In this document: one piece after another, positions 13,689-25,000 of the stretch
How positions within the stretch are numbered: position 1 is the stretch's first letter
Layout: the number at the start of each line of letters is the position of its first letter
Assembly: GCF_037042905.1 (NCBI RefSeq)
Contig: NC_087252.1
Span: 5,272,001 to 5,336,000, forward strand
Source of the DNA: Lytechinus pictus
Lineage: Eukaryota
DNA: 64,000 nt
Reading direction: 5' to 3'
Position numbers and translations under genes: made by a program
The notes under the pieces: generated by a model
Database searches by the model: none
Seen by the model: only the letters and a program-made list of their open reading frames with translations
What the model was told of the DNA's origin: nothing

Positions 13689-14395
13689 CATGCAACGGGT
13701 CAAGCTAATGTGTATCTGGTTGCCCGAGTGGAGTTCTACAAGTTAGGATACATGGTTACCCTGGCTAGGCCGTTGGAATATCCCTGGGGGCCCCTTGAAA
13801 AAAATACTTTATTTTAATTCTAAAAATGCGATAAATAGCCCTTTATTCCCTTTAATTTTGTTAATTTGAGCCCCCTAAATGTGCATGCGCCGGATCAAAT
13901 CAGTGTTTATCTAATTGCCCGAGTCGAGTTCTACAAGTTAGGGTACGTGGTTGCCCTGGCTAGGCCGTCGGGATATCCCTGGGGGCCCCTAAAAAAAATA
14001 CTTTATTTTAATCATCTAAAAATGCGATAAATATCCCTTTATTCCCTTTAATTTTGTTAATTTGAGCCCCCTAAATGTGCATGCGCCGGGTCAAGTCAGT
14101 TTTTATCTGATCGCCCGAGTCAAGTTCTACAAGTTAGGATACGTGGTTACCCTGGCTAGGCCGTCGGGATATCCCTGGGGGCCCTTGAAAATTTACTTTA
14201 TTTTAATTTTAAAAATGCGATAAATAGCCCTTTATTCCCTTTAATTTTGTTAATTTGAGCCCCCTTAATGTGCATGCACCGGGTCAAGTCAGTGTTTAAC
14301 TGGTTGCCCGTGTCGAGCTCTACAAGTTAGGGTACGTGGTTACCCTGGCTAGGCCGTCGGGATATCCCTGGGGCGCCCCTTGAAAAATTACTTTA
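13689..14395 (-). repeat. Inverted tandem array of the same ~194-bp unit (~4 copies), right arm of the foldback; a further partial unit lies at ~11710-11767
   Basis: GGCTAGGCCGT..ATATCCCTGGGG recurs with its G-run at ~13786, 13981, 14176 and 14370. Confidence 0.95.
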
Positions 14396-14824
14396 TTACA
14401 CACACACCGCCAAAAATGGCCGGTGCCCCCCCCCCCTGAAAAAGCAAGGACCCCCCATTGCTCCCCCGGGGGGGGGGGGGGGAATCCTAGCTACGCCACT
14501 GTCTGTGAAGATCCGAAAACGCTGGAAATTAAAAGCCATGTTAACGTGAATTTTTGTTGCACGTGGTCGTAACATAAAGCTATTACGTAATAGCTTCATG
14601 GTCGTATCATGCATGCACTGTACTGCGTGCCCGTGTGTATAACGTATTTCGATATGGCTGTTGGTTGTGCGAAAGACGAAATCAGAGAGCAGGAAGTGGA
14701 AAAGGAGGGCGCCCTTGATGTCAAGCTAAAGAGACACAGAAAGGAGAGCAGGAGAAAAAAATCCGTATTTTAGCCTGGAATACACATCTTCGGTCAACAA
14801 GGTACTGATTTGATATTAATTACG

Positions 14825-15733
14825 ATGTTTTCTCTGAAACGACTGAGATCTCCTTCTCCAGAGGATGAACCAAGAGGAGAAAACAGGATTTTTAAGACGA
14901 CAGTTCGTGAGAGAGGCGCCACACCCAGCTCTGATCCCAACACGGACATGGCAGAGGTACGTGATTCGAATCCAAACTCTACTGACCAACTCTTACGAGA
15001 AATTTTGAACAAAGTATCCGGCCTGGAAAATTTATATAAGAAAGTTGATATTATTTCTCAGAAAGTTATCAGCATTGAAAGGAAAGTAGAAGCATTGGAT
15101 ACAAGGATCATAGATTTAGAGCAGGGTTTTGAGTTCATTGAAACAGAAGTTATGGATTTGAAACGGCAAGTTGAAGAAATGAAGGAAATGAAAGCGGATG
15201 TGAAATATGCAAATGAGTTAAAGCGGAATGTTGTTGATCTCGTGAATAGGAGCAAGAGGAATAACGTCGTACTCCATGGAATTCCGGAGGGAGTCGAAGG
15301 TGACGCGCATGACTGCTCGCATTTCGTCAAGGAATTCTTCGATACGCATATGAATGTTTCCAACGTAGAGGTCGAAAGAGCACATAGAACGCCGGGTGGA
15401 AGATCTAGACAAAGAGATGCAACCATGGCAACAGCACGCCCCCGTCCCATTCACGTGAAGCTACTGAGATTCAACGACCGAGAAAAGATTCTGAAAAGGA
15501 GTGCTGCGCTGAAGGACGTCCGCATACAAGATAAGAAAATAGGAATTAGCGATGATGTACATCCGGAGACACGCGAGGAGCACAAAAAGCTGATGATAAG
15601 AGTGAAGAAGCTAAGAGAAGAAGGAAAGTTTGCGTTCATACCTAACTCCATTCCCAGAGTAATTAAGTACAAGGAAGGTGCTAAAGATAGTCCAGGACCG
15701 TTGAAAACACTCCGCGTGACAGACTTACAATAG
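14825..15733 (+). CDS. L1/Tx1-type ORF1 protein (coiled coil + RRM + CTD)
   Basis: A heptad-like region is followed by NRSKRNNVVLHGIPE, ERAHR and RPIHVKL, typical ORF1p motifs. First ATG at 14825; the frame is open. Confidence 0.88.
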   Translation: MFSLKRLRSPSPEDEPRGENRIFKTTVRERGATPSSDPNTDMAEVRDSNPNSTDQLLREILNKVSGLENLYKKVDIISQKVISIERKVEALDTRIIDLEQGFEFIETEVMDLKRQVEEMKEMKADVKYANELKRNVVDLVNRSKRNNVVLHGIPEGVEGDAHDCSHFVKEFFDTHMNVSNVEVERAHRTPGGRSRQRDATMATARPRPIHVKLLRFNDREKILKRSAALKDVRIQDKKIGISDDVHPETREEHKKLMIRVKKLREEGKFAFIPNSIPRVIKYKEGAKDSPGPLKTLRVTDLQ

Positions 15734-16285
15734 AATCATTCCAAAAGGTAAAATGTGTCAAAAAAATAATCGAGGAAACCAAATGGAGTGAGATAAATGT
15801 AAAGACAGATTATGATCATCATCGACACATCAACAGAATATTTTCATGACCAAGAAGACGGTTAATGTTTTTATGTTAATACTTATGATATTAGTATGGC
15901 TATTACATACCTTTTTAAAAAGAGAGAAAGTATAAATCCTCCTGCTCTCTTTTTTGGAGTAAAGATCAGTCCTCTATCTGAATGTTTTTAATTGTGAACA
16001 CTGTGTGTAATTACACCAGGATCACTATGTGTTTTGTCTCATTTGTATTTGTTGGTTATTTGCCTCGAGCCTATAAGTCTAGGCTAAAACCACGACTGAA
16101 CAGGCCACCTTATCTTATCTTGAATTATTATATATGTATTTTGTCATTGTTCAGGAGAAGTGGAAACCACTTTTGTATTTGTAGCTTGTTTATTATTTTA
16201 GTAATAACGTCGTGTTCTGTTTTTAAAGAAAGGATAAACTCCACAGGATTTGTTGGTTTTTATAATAAAAAGAAAAAACAGTTTT

Positions 16286-19200
16286 ATGAAGAGTAGTATA
16301 AAGATTGTTTCAATGAACTGCCGAGGTTTAGGCAATTCAGTGAAGAGAAGAGATGTTTTTGAAATATTGAAATTAAAGAATTATCATATATGCTGTTTAC
16401 AAGATACACATTTTAACACTGATAAAGAAGATGATATAAAAAGATTTTGGGGAAACAATTGTTTTTTTAGTAACAAAACATCAAACGCAAGAGGCGTAGT
16501 GATTTTATTTCGTGATGATGTACCAGTGAAAGTAATAAGAACTGAAAAATGTAATGATGGAAATTTTGTTGCTATAGATATGATGTTATATGATTACAGT
16601 ATTACTTTGATTTCACTGTATGGTCCTAACACGGATAATGTCGGCTTTTATGCACACATTGAGAACTTAATATTGGATTTCAACAACCCGTTTACAATCA
16701 TATGTGGTGACTGGAATTTGGTTCAGGATTTTGAAAAAGATACACACAATTATATCCGACTAAATAATCCCAAAGCGAAACAAAGGGTTGACGAGATGAA
16801 GATTAACTTAGAATTGATTGACCCATGGAGGGAATTGCATGGCAGTGATACAGTATTTACATGGCGTCAGCCTACACCTTACAAGGCTGCCAGATTAGAT
16901 TTCTTTTTGATATCAAAAGAATTAATATCAGTAATTGACAGTACAGAGGTAGTACCTGGTTACAGATCAGATCACTCATGGGTAAACCTAACATTATGTT
17001 TGAATCGTGACAAAATCGGTCCCGGTTATTGGAAATTTAACAACTCCTTATTGAAAGACGGTGATTATACATGTAGAATAAGACAGCTAATTGCAGAAAC
17101 TGTTGAAACTTATATTGTAAAACGTGACGGTGATATAAACTTCCCGCACGATAACTATGAGCATTGTAAATTTATGGTTAATGACCAATTATTTTTTGAC
17201 ACCTTATTAACTTTAATAAGGGGTGAGACGATTTCATATTCTGTGAATAAAAAGAAAAGAATGCGTGATTTAGAAAATGATTTAGAAAAAGAAATTGTAG
17301 CCCTAGAAATTGGTATGTTAAATGGACATGATACAAATAAATATATTGAGATGTTGGAAAACAAGAAAGTTCAGTTATATTTGATAAGAAAAGAAAAGAT
17401 AGATGGTCTAAAGATGAGATCAAAAGTCAAATGGATGGAATTTGGTGAAAAACCTTCAAAATACTTCTTAAATTTAGAAAAAAGGAATGCAGTGAACAAA
17501 CAAATAAATAGACTGATTGATAACGAAAATAAAACTATTTGTCTTCAGGAAAATCTTCAATCCGAGATTTTACGTTTTTATTCAGAATTGTATCGAAAGA
17601 ACGAGGTCATTGATATTGATTTGAACACCTCTTTAAATTATGCTGATGTACCCAAGTTAACAGACTGTTTATCTCAATCTTTGGAAGGCGAGCTTACTAT
17701 ACAGGAGATATATCAATCATTGTCAAATATGAAGAATTGTAAATCTCCCGGACTAGATGGGTATACAGTCGAGTTTTTCAAACATTTCTGGAAAGATATT
17801 AACTTTTTTTTGCTTAGATGCTTAAATTTTGCCTTTAAATCAGGTAGCATGTCACAGATTCAGAAACTTGGTGTGATATCTCTTATTCCAAAAAATAAAA
17901 AAGAAAGACTTTATCTTCGAAATTGGAGACCTATATCTTTATTGAATGTTACATACAAAATAGCTTCGGCATGTATCGCAAATAGGCTCAAAAAGGTGCT
18001 TCCTTTTTTAATACATGAGAACCAAAAAGGTTTCATGGAGGGCCGGTTTATTGGTGAAAATATTCGACTGTTATATGATTTGCTTTTGTATACAGATGTG
18101 AACGATATCCCCGGTTTATTGCTTTTAATCGATTTCGAAAAGGCTTTCGATTCGATTTCTCACAGCTTCATTATAAAAGTTTTTAAATACTTTAATTTTG
18201 GCCCATCGATTATACAATGGTTTAATGTCTTCTATGAAAATATTCAATCTTGTATTGTGGTAAATGGACACCTCACTCCGAGATTTAGAATCGAAAGAGG
18301 TTGTCGCCAGGGGGACCCATTATCTCCATATATTTTCCTCTTGTGTGCAGAGATTCTTGGAATTTTATTTAGAAATACAAGGTGTATTAATGGAATAAGG
18401 ATATCTGAACAAAATTTGAAATTGATTCAGTATGCGGATGATACTTTACTCACGTTAAACGGTACCGCTTCGGAATTGAATATCGCATTAAATATTTTAG
18501 ATGAATATGCTGCAATATCTGGATTAAAAATAAATATTCATAAGACACGAGCGATTTGGATAGGGCTAAATAAAAACAAAAAAAGACAAGATACTTATTG
18601 ATCGTAATTTAACATGGGTATTTGATGAATTCTTTAGATATCTAGGTGTTGATTTTTGTACGGATTTGCAGAAGATGGTACAATATAATTACAACGAAAA
18701 AATTATAGAAATAAAGAGTCAAATGACATCATGGTTAAAAAGATATCTAACTGTGTTAGGAAGAGTAACTGTGGTTAAATCCTTGTTGGTTTCTAAACTT
18801 AATTACCTCATTATGTCTCTTCCGAATCCTAGTGACGAAGTTTTAAAGGATTTAAATTCATTATTTTACAAATTCATATGGGAGGAAAAACCGGACAAAG
18901 TTTGTAGGATTCAAATGTCCCAAACATATTTAAACGGTGGGGTTAAAATGATAGACATATATTCACACTGTCAATCATTAAAGATTTCTTGGATTAGGAG
19001 AATTGTAAACGGATCAATTGATAGTTACATTCTAAGCTTTCTTACGTTATCCTTGCCAAGACTACAAGATGTTCTTTTCTATATGACATATATGGGTAGT
19101 CACTACTTTCGAGAATTATCAAAACAGACCTATAACTCTTTCTGGAGTGAAATGTTTTTTGCTTATAGTAATTTCTTAACTATCTATTATAATAATCATG

Positions 19201-20096
19201 TCAATATACCTTCACATCCTTTATGGAATAATAACATAAAAATAGGCAATTTGCCAATATATATGAAGAAATGGAGTGAAAGGGGTATACGTTTCATTAA
19301 TGATATTTTGGATGAAGGAGGGCATTTTTTATCTTTCAAAGATTTTCAGGATCTTTATGATGTCCAGTCAAATTTTCTTTTTTATCATTCACTGTGTGCT
19401 GCTATCAAGGAAGCCTACAAAAGGTCCACTTTCAATAGAATCCCCCAACCATTAATTCCAGATGTGCTATCATTTATTACTAAACATAAAAAAGGATGCT
19501 CGCATATTTATTCCATTCTATTGAAACGACGAAAAACAGAAAACAAAAGCTTTCTTAAATGGAAGTGCATATTTGATCTGAACGATAAAAGGTGGGAATC
19601 CTATTGCTCATTGGGTTTTCAGTGTACCATTGATGTAACATTGCGTTGGTTTCAATATAAGGTTGTGCAACGTATATTATTTACAAATGATTTGCTTTTC
19701 AAATTGAAATTAGTTTCAGTAAACAAATGCACCTTCTGCCGAAAAGAAATCGAAACGGTTTTGCATCTATACTCGGAGTGCAGGCATGTTAATCACATTT
19801 GGAAAGAGTTAGAGGTTTGGATTAGGACCAAAACCAGTGAGACTCTACACTTTTCAGATGAAAATAAAATATTCGGATTTATTGGAAAAAACAATTGTGC
19901 ACTTAATTGTATTTTTATTATAGTAAGAAAAACTGTATATGATTGTAAAATAAACAATACAATTCCTCTTTTCAGTATCATTAAATCCTCAATAATCAAT
20001 TATTATCAAAATGAGAAATACATTGCCCAACTAAATTTCAAACAACGCAGATTTGACAAAAGATGGTTTCGGTTGAAAAATCTTTTTACTGTTTGA
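16286..20096 (+). pseudogene. L1/Tx1 ORF2 (APE + RT + C-terminal CCHC) with a single +1 frameshift in the A-run 18578-18584
   Basis: Motifs MNCRGL, LQDTH, GDWN, RLDFFL, SDH; WRPISLLN, DFEKAFD, GCRQGDPLSP, YADD; CTFC..HLYSEC. Removing one A joins the two ORFs through KDKILIDRNLTWVFDEFFRYLGVDF. Confidence 0.92.
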
Positions 20097-20554
20097 CTTC
20101 AACATGTAAAATTATTTTGTTATACTTGTCAGTTCATTGTTTATATCAGTGATTGTATTATTCATTGTGCTCTGTACCTATTGATTTTTGATTGCCAATA
20201 AAATCCCTGTGGAGGGGAAAAAGATTAAAAAAAAAAAAAAAGGAAGTGGAAAGCGAACTACCCGATTTCGTTTTCGCTGTCTGCGTTTTTCCAAACAGAA
20301 TCAGGGGGTAGAAAGCGTGTTCTGATTTTGTTTTTAATATATAACAAACACAGTAATAGAATGAGGTATCAGAGAGGACCAAAAGTATTTCTGATTTCAT
20401 TCTTCTGTTTTTGATCTCCAAAAATGAAATCACAACGGGGTTTTTCTCGTTGTGATTTCGTTTTTGTGTTTTCAAAGACCAATCCATGAGGTTGACTTCC
20501 GTTTTTGCTCTACGAAAATCAGGAATGAAAAACGAATTATCCATTAGTACCCTG

Positions 20555-21050
20555 ATTTTCAACCTCCCTAATCACTCTGTCAAAGATATCAAAGTCTGCA
20601 TCTTCGGCGGAGGATTGTTTACTATTATCTCTCTGTGCAATGTGCAGCGTGCGCGGTCTAAGCTAGACACTCTTTTTATTACGAAATATCTTTATTGTTA
20701 CGAAACCTAAATCATACTCTTTTATTATTACGTAACTTACGTCATTAATGGTCTATTACCCCAAAACGCGCACTATACATTCATAACAGCATTTGCGCAC
20801 CTAGCAGTGGTTACCCTTGTCCCGCTGAGATCGCGCACGCTTTAATAAAAAACAACTGTCATTCAAACTTGTCACAATTCACGAATCTTCCCTGAAGAAG
20901 GTAGATGTCTACCGAAAATTTGGAGAGTGAATAAAAGAACTAAATTGTTGGCACTGCAAAAACTGCATTACTCGTGAATTTGTTTCGCATTTCTGATGTC
21001 TTATTATTATTATTGCCAATACGTGGAAAACCAAGATGCTTATACTTTAT
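20555..21050 (+). mobile_element. Penelope-like element remnant (GIY-YIG C-terminal fragment + pseudo-LTR)
   Basis: 20558-20602 translates as FNLPNHSVKDIKVCI, resembling the HFNLPxHSxxD motif of Penelope endonucleases. A hammerhead-like core at 20892-20921 and AATAAA at ~20930 follow. Confidence 0.65.
20887..20926 (+). ncRNA. Minimal type I hammerhead ribozyme motif (Penelope-associated)
   Basis: TTCC-CTGAAGA-A-GGTAGA(TG)TCTACC-GAAA-ATTT-GGAG: CUGANGA box, stem II hairpin, GAAA box, palindromic AATT stem III, and short stem I (TTCC/GGAG). Confidence 0.65.
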
Positions 21051-22098
21051 ATATATTTATTAACGAATATAACACATGTAATGGTCTCTCTAAAATTACT
21101 TAGTACTACTCCACATTATTTAGCAAGAAGACAAATGCTTCACAGATCATGGGCCTACCCCTAACTAACATGGCTGACAAGTCAGCAAAAGAGCATGATT
21201 TTCAAAGATGCTCTTTCCCAGGAGTCTGATCTGGAGAGAAACTTATCATAATCCCCTTCAAATTGCCTCCCATGGATGGATGAGAAGTATAAGTTAGGGG
21301 GGCACTCCTGTATCTGTTCATAGCACATTAGTTATTATCAATGAATATTTATCCGAACTTGTTCCATTTGGATTCAAATCGGGGCCACCATCCTCTAAGG
21401 TAAGCATTTGCCACTTATCGTGTATCGTATGCATTTAAATAACCTTGTATCATTCCAAATAAAAGGAAAACTTAACAAGCAGTTGAGACTTAAGAGGGGG
21501 AAATCAGTCTGGAAGATGAATGAGAGAAAAAAAAATGAAGTGGAGTTAGGATGATGCAAAATGTCAAATTTGTCTAATCGGATACTTGCCTAAAAATGTA
21601 AATTTGTGTTGTAAAAGTCATTTTCTTAGGTTGCTCCAACATGATTGATCTCAAACCGGAAATTATGTTTAATCCATTATTTGCTGTGTATAACTCTGTC
21701 CTTGATTACAGTTTATGTTTTCAAAGAAAACTAAAAAAACAAAACAAAAACAACAAAACACTGTGCAGTTTTATTTCATGTAGGAAAATGGGTGATATGA
21801 TACAAAGCTTATGTTACATTTTTTTAAATTAAAGTCTTGTTACATTGCCTGACATCATTTGACCTACCATTAACATTGCTGCACTTTAGGTGATCTTGTC
21901 ATGTTATCTGGTAACTTTTTAAAATTGCATTTTACTTGCTGCTCTATTATTTTTATTTTGAATGTTTGATTCAACATGAGATTGCATGCGATATAATCAA
22001 ATATCATATCCCGAATAGAGAGTATGATGTGCCAAGTAATAACATGTATTTTTCGTACTTGTAATTATCACTTCCTTGTTCATGTGAAAAACGAATAC

Positions 22099-25000
22099 TA
22101 GACGGGTCAATATATGGTTTGACCCGGAACAAATTGCAACAAATGATTTTTCAACGGTATTTTGTACTATTTGACCTCAGGAATAACATACTAAAAATCT
22201 ACCAAAATCCGCATCCGGGAAAGTGGTTATTTTCAAGATGGCGTCCAAGATGGCCGTCATTCACTAAAAATGGATATAACTCACTCATTATCCACCCTAG
22301 AATCCTATTTGGATTCATATTCCATGATCCAATGGGTAAAATAATTTATTTATACAAGTTAGAGTGAATACTAGCACTCCAGGGTACCAGGAAAATCCAA
22401 GATGGCGCCCAAAATGGTTGCCGTAGTCTAAAAAAATCCACAATTCATCTATTACTTACTTAAGTGTCTTTAATTTGGTTTCCATTCGATTGTTTTAATG
22501 ATGAAGTAGTACGTCGGGACAAGTTACAAGGGCAGCCAGTGGTCTGGTGTGCCGGAAAATACAAGATGGCTTCCAAAAATTGAGTTTAAAATGGCTGTTA
22601 ATCCTTAAAATGGACATAGCTCATATCACATCCACCTGAGAGATAAGATTTTGATGTCTAGACCATGGTTCCAATGGTCAAATAATACATTGTGACAAGT
22701 TACAAGGACAGTCAGTGGTCCGGTATGTTAAAAAATCCAAGATGGCTTCCAAACATGGAGTAAAAAGGGCTGTTGCTACTTAAAAAAAACCCAACATAGT
22801 TTGTTAAATATCCGGGAATATGATTTTTTGTGCCTATACCATGGTTAAATGGGTCAAATAATAAATTTGGATAGGTTACAAGGACGTTTGGTGGTCAAGT
22901 ATGTCCAAAAGTCCACGGTGGCTTAAAAAATAGTATCAATTAGCCGCAATGGTATTTAAAAATGGACATACATGTAGTTATGTTTTATTCGTCAAGGGCA
23001 TATGATTTTGTTGCCTATATCATGGTTTCAAAAGGCAGAAAATTAGTTACAAGGACAGTCAGTGGTCCAGTATGTCGAAAATCTAAGAAAGCTTCCAAAA
23101 ATCGGAGTCTAAAATGACTGCTGTTACTTTAAAAATGGACATAGGTCCTTTAAAATCAACCTAGGAGATATGATTTCGGTGTCCACACTATGGTTTCATG
23201 GTTAAAATAATACGTTTGGACTGGTTACATTGATATGCAGTTGTCCAGTTTGCCTAAAACACAAGAGGGTTTTTAAAAAAGGAATCTAAAACGACTCATA
23301 TCATTCAATAGTGGTCAGAGTTCTACAATATTCATCTGCAAGAAATAATGTTGGTGTCCAAATTGTGGTATGAAGGGTCAAATAATACATTCGGAAAAGT
23401 AACAAGGATGGTTAGTACCCCATTTTGTCAAAGAATCCATGATGGATTCTAAAATTTCATCAAAATGGGTGCTGTTACCAACTCATGTAACAATATGATA
23501 ACTTGTCCCCATGCATTTAAGTGTAGGCACCAAGATTATTTCTAACAGGTAGATATTATTCTTATGTAACGGTAGTCACTTTAGAACCCATTCTTAAGCC
23601 AACTTGGATTTCAAGGCAAAATGGATTGCTGCATATCATGGTAACCAGTCCCAAAGTATTGTTTGGCCCTTGAAACCCTAGTGTAGACACCAAAATAATA
23701 TCCCCAAGGTGTATTGATAATGTTCTACATCCACTTTTAAGTAACAGCAGTCTTTAAGACCCCCCTTTTTAAAGCCATCTTTGATTTTTAGACATACCTG
23801 ACACCTGACTGTCCTTTGAACTTATCCCAATGTATTGCTTGACCCTGTAAACTCTAGTATAGACAGCAAAATCATACCTCCAAGGTGTATTTATAATAAA
23901 CTATGCATACTTTTAAACAGCAACAGTAAATTTACACCCCATTTTTTGAAGTAATCTTGGATTTGTTAACATACAGACAACTGACTGGTCTTGTAACTTA
24001 CCCTAGTGTATTACTTGACCCTTTTAAACCATGCTTTTAACACCAAACTCATATTCCCCAGACAGATGTTAAACAAACTATGTCCTTATGTAAGTAACAT
24101 CAGACATTTTCTTACTCCATTTTTGGAAGCCATCTTGTAATTTTGGACATACTAAGCCACTGACTGCCATTGTCTTGTCCTAATTTATTATTTGACCCTT
24201 GAAACCATAGTTTAGACACCGAAATCATATCTCACAGGCTGATTTAAAACGAGCTATGCCACTTTTAAGTATCAACCGCCATTTTAGAATCAAGTTTTGG
24301 AAGCCAACTTAGGTTTTTTGACCGACCAGGCCACTGACTGTCCTTGTAACTTGCCCTAATGTATTAATTGATCCTTGAAACTAGTGGTTTAGACACCAAA
24401 GTCACCTTTCCAGACCGATATGAAATGAGCTTTGTCCGTTTTAAGTATCAGCAGCATATTTTTAAGACCAATTTTTGGACACCATCTTCGATTTTTGGAC
24501 ATACCAGACCATTGACTGTCCTTGTAACTTATCCTAATATATTTTTTGACCCTTGAAACCAGTGGTTTAGACATCAAAATCACATATCCCAGTCCAAAAT
24601 GAAATGAGCTATGTCCGCTTTAAGTATAAGCAGCCATTTCAGAATCAATTTTTAGAATCCATCGAGGATTTTTGCACATACCAGCCCACTGACTTTCCTT
24701 GTAACTTGTCCCAATGTATTATTTGACCCATTGAACCATGGTATAGAAAAAAAAATCATATTTCTGGATATAAATCAAACTATGTCGGGTTTTTTAAGTA
24801 GCAACAGCAGTTTTCGACTCCATTTTTTGGAAGCCATCTTGGATTTTTGAACATACTGGACCACTGACTGTCCTTGTAACTTGTCCCAATGTCTTATTTG
24901 ACCATTGAAATCGTGGTCTAGACACCAAAATCATTATGTCCCAGGCGGATATGAAATGAACTATGTCCATTTTAATTATCAACAGCCATTTTAAACTCCG

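Larger units (their letters stand above)
14703..20240 (+). mobile_element. Apparently full-length Tx1/L1-clade LINE (~5.5 kb)
   Basis: ORF1 + ORF2, AATAAA at ~20197, poly(A) at 20227-20240. 12-bp TSD AGGAAGTGGAAA at 14691-14702 and 20241-20252. The uninterrupted site is visible (inverted) at ~8460-8480. Confidence 0.93.
8162..20554. mobile_element. Large non-autonomous foldback (long inverted-repeat) element with tandem-repeat inner domains
   Basis: Ends CAGGGTACTAATGGATAAT (8162) and ATTATCCATTAGTACCCTG (20554). Left arm 8162-~10010 is the reverse complement of 13689-14702 + 20241-20554. AT flanks both ends (possible 2-bp TSD). No transposase ORF in the spacer. Confidence 0.85.

Noticed and set aside
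21220..21405. Possible exon between TTTCCCAG and AAG/GTAAGC
   Set aside because: All three frames contain stops; it could only be a non-coding exon, and I have no support for that.
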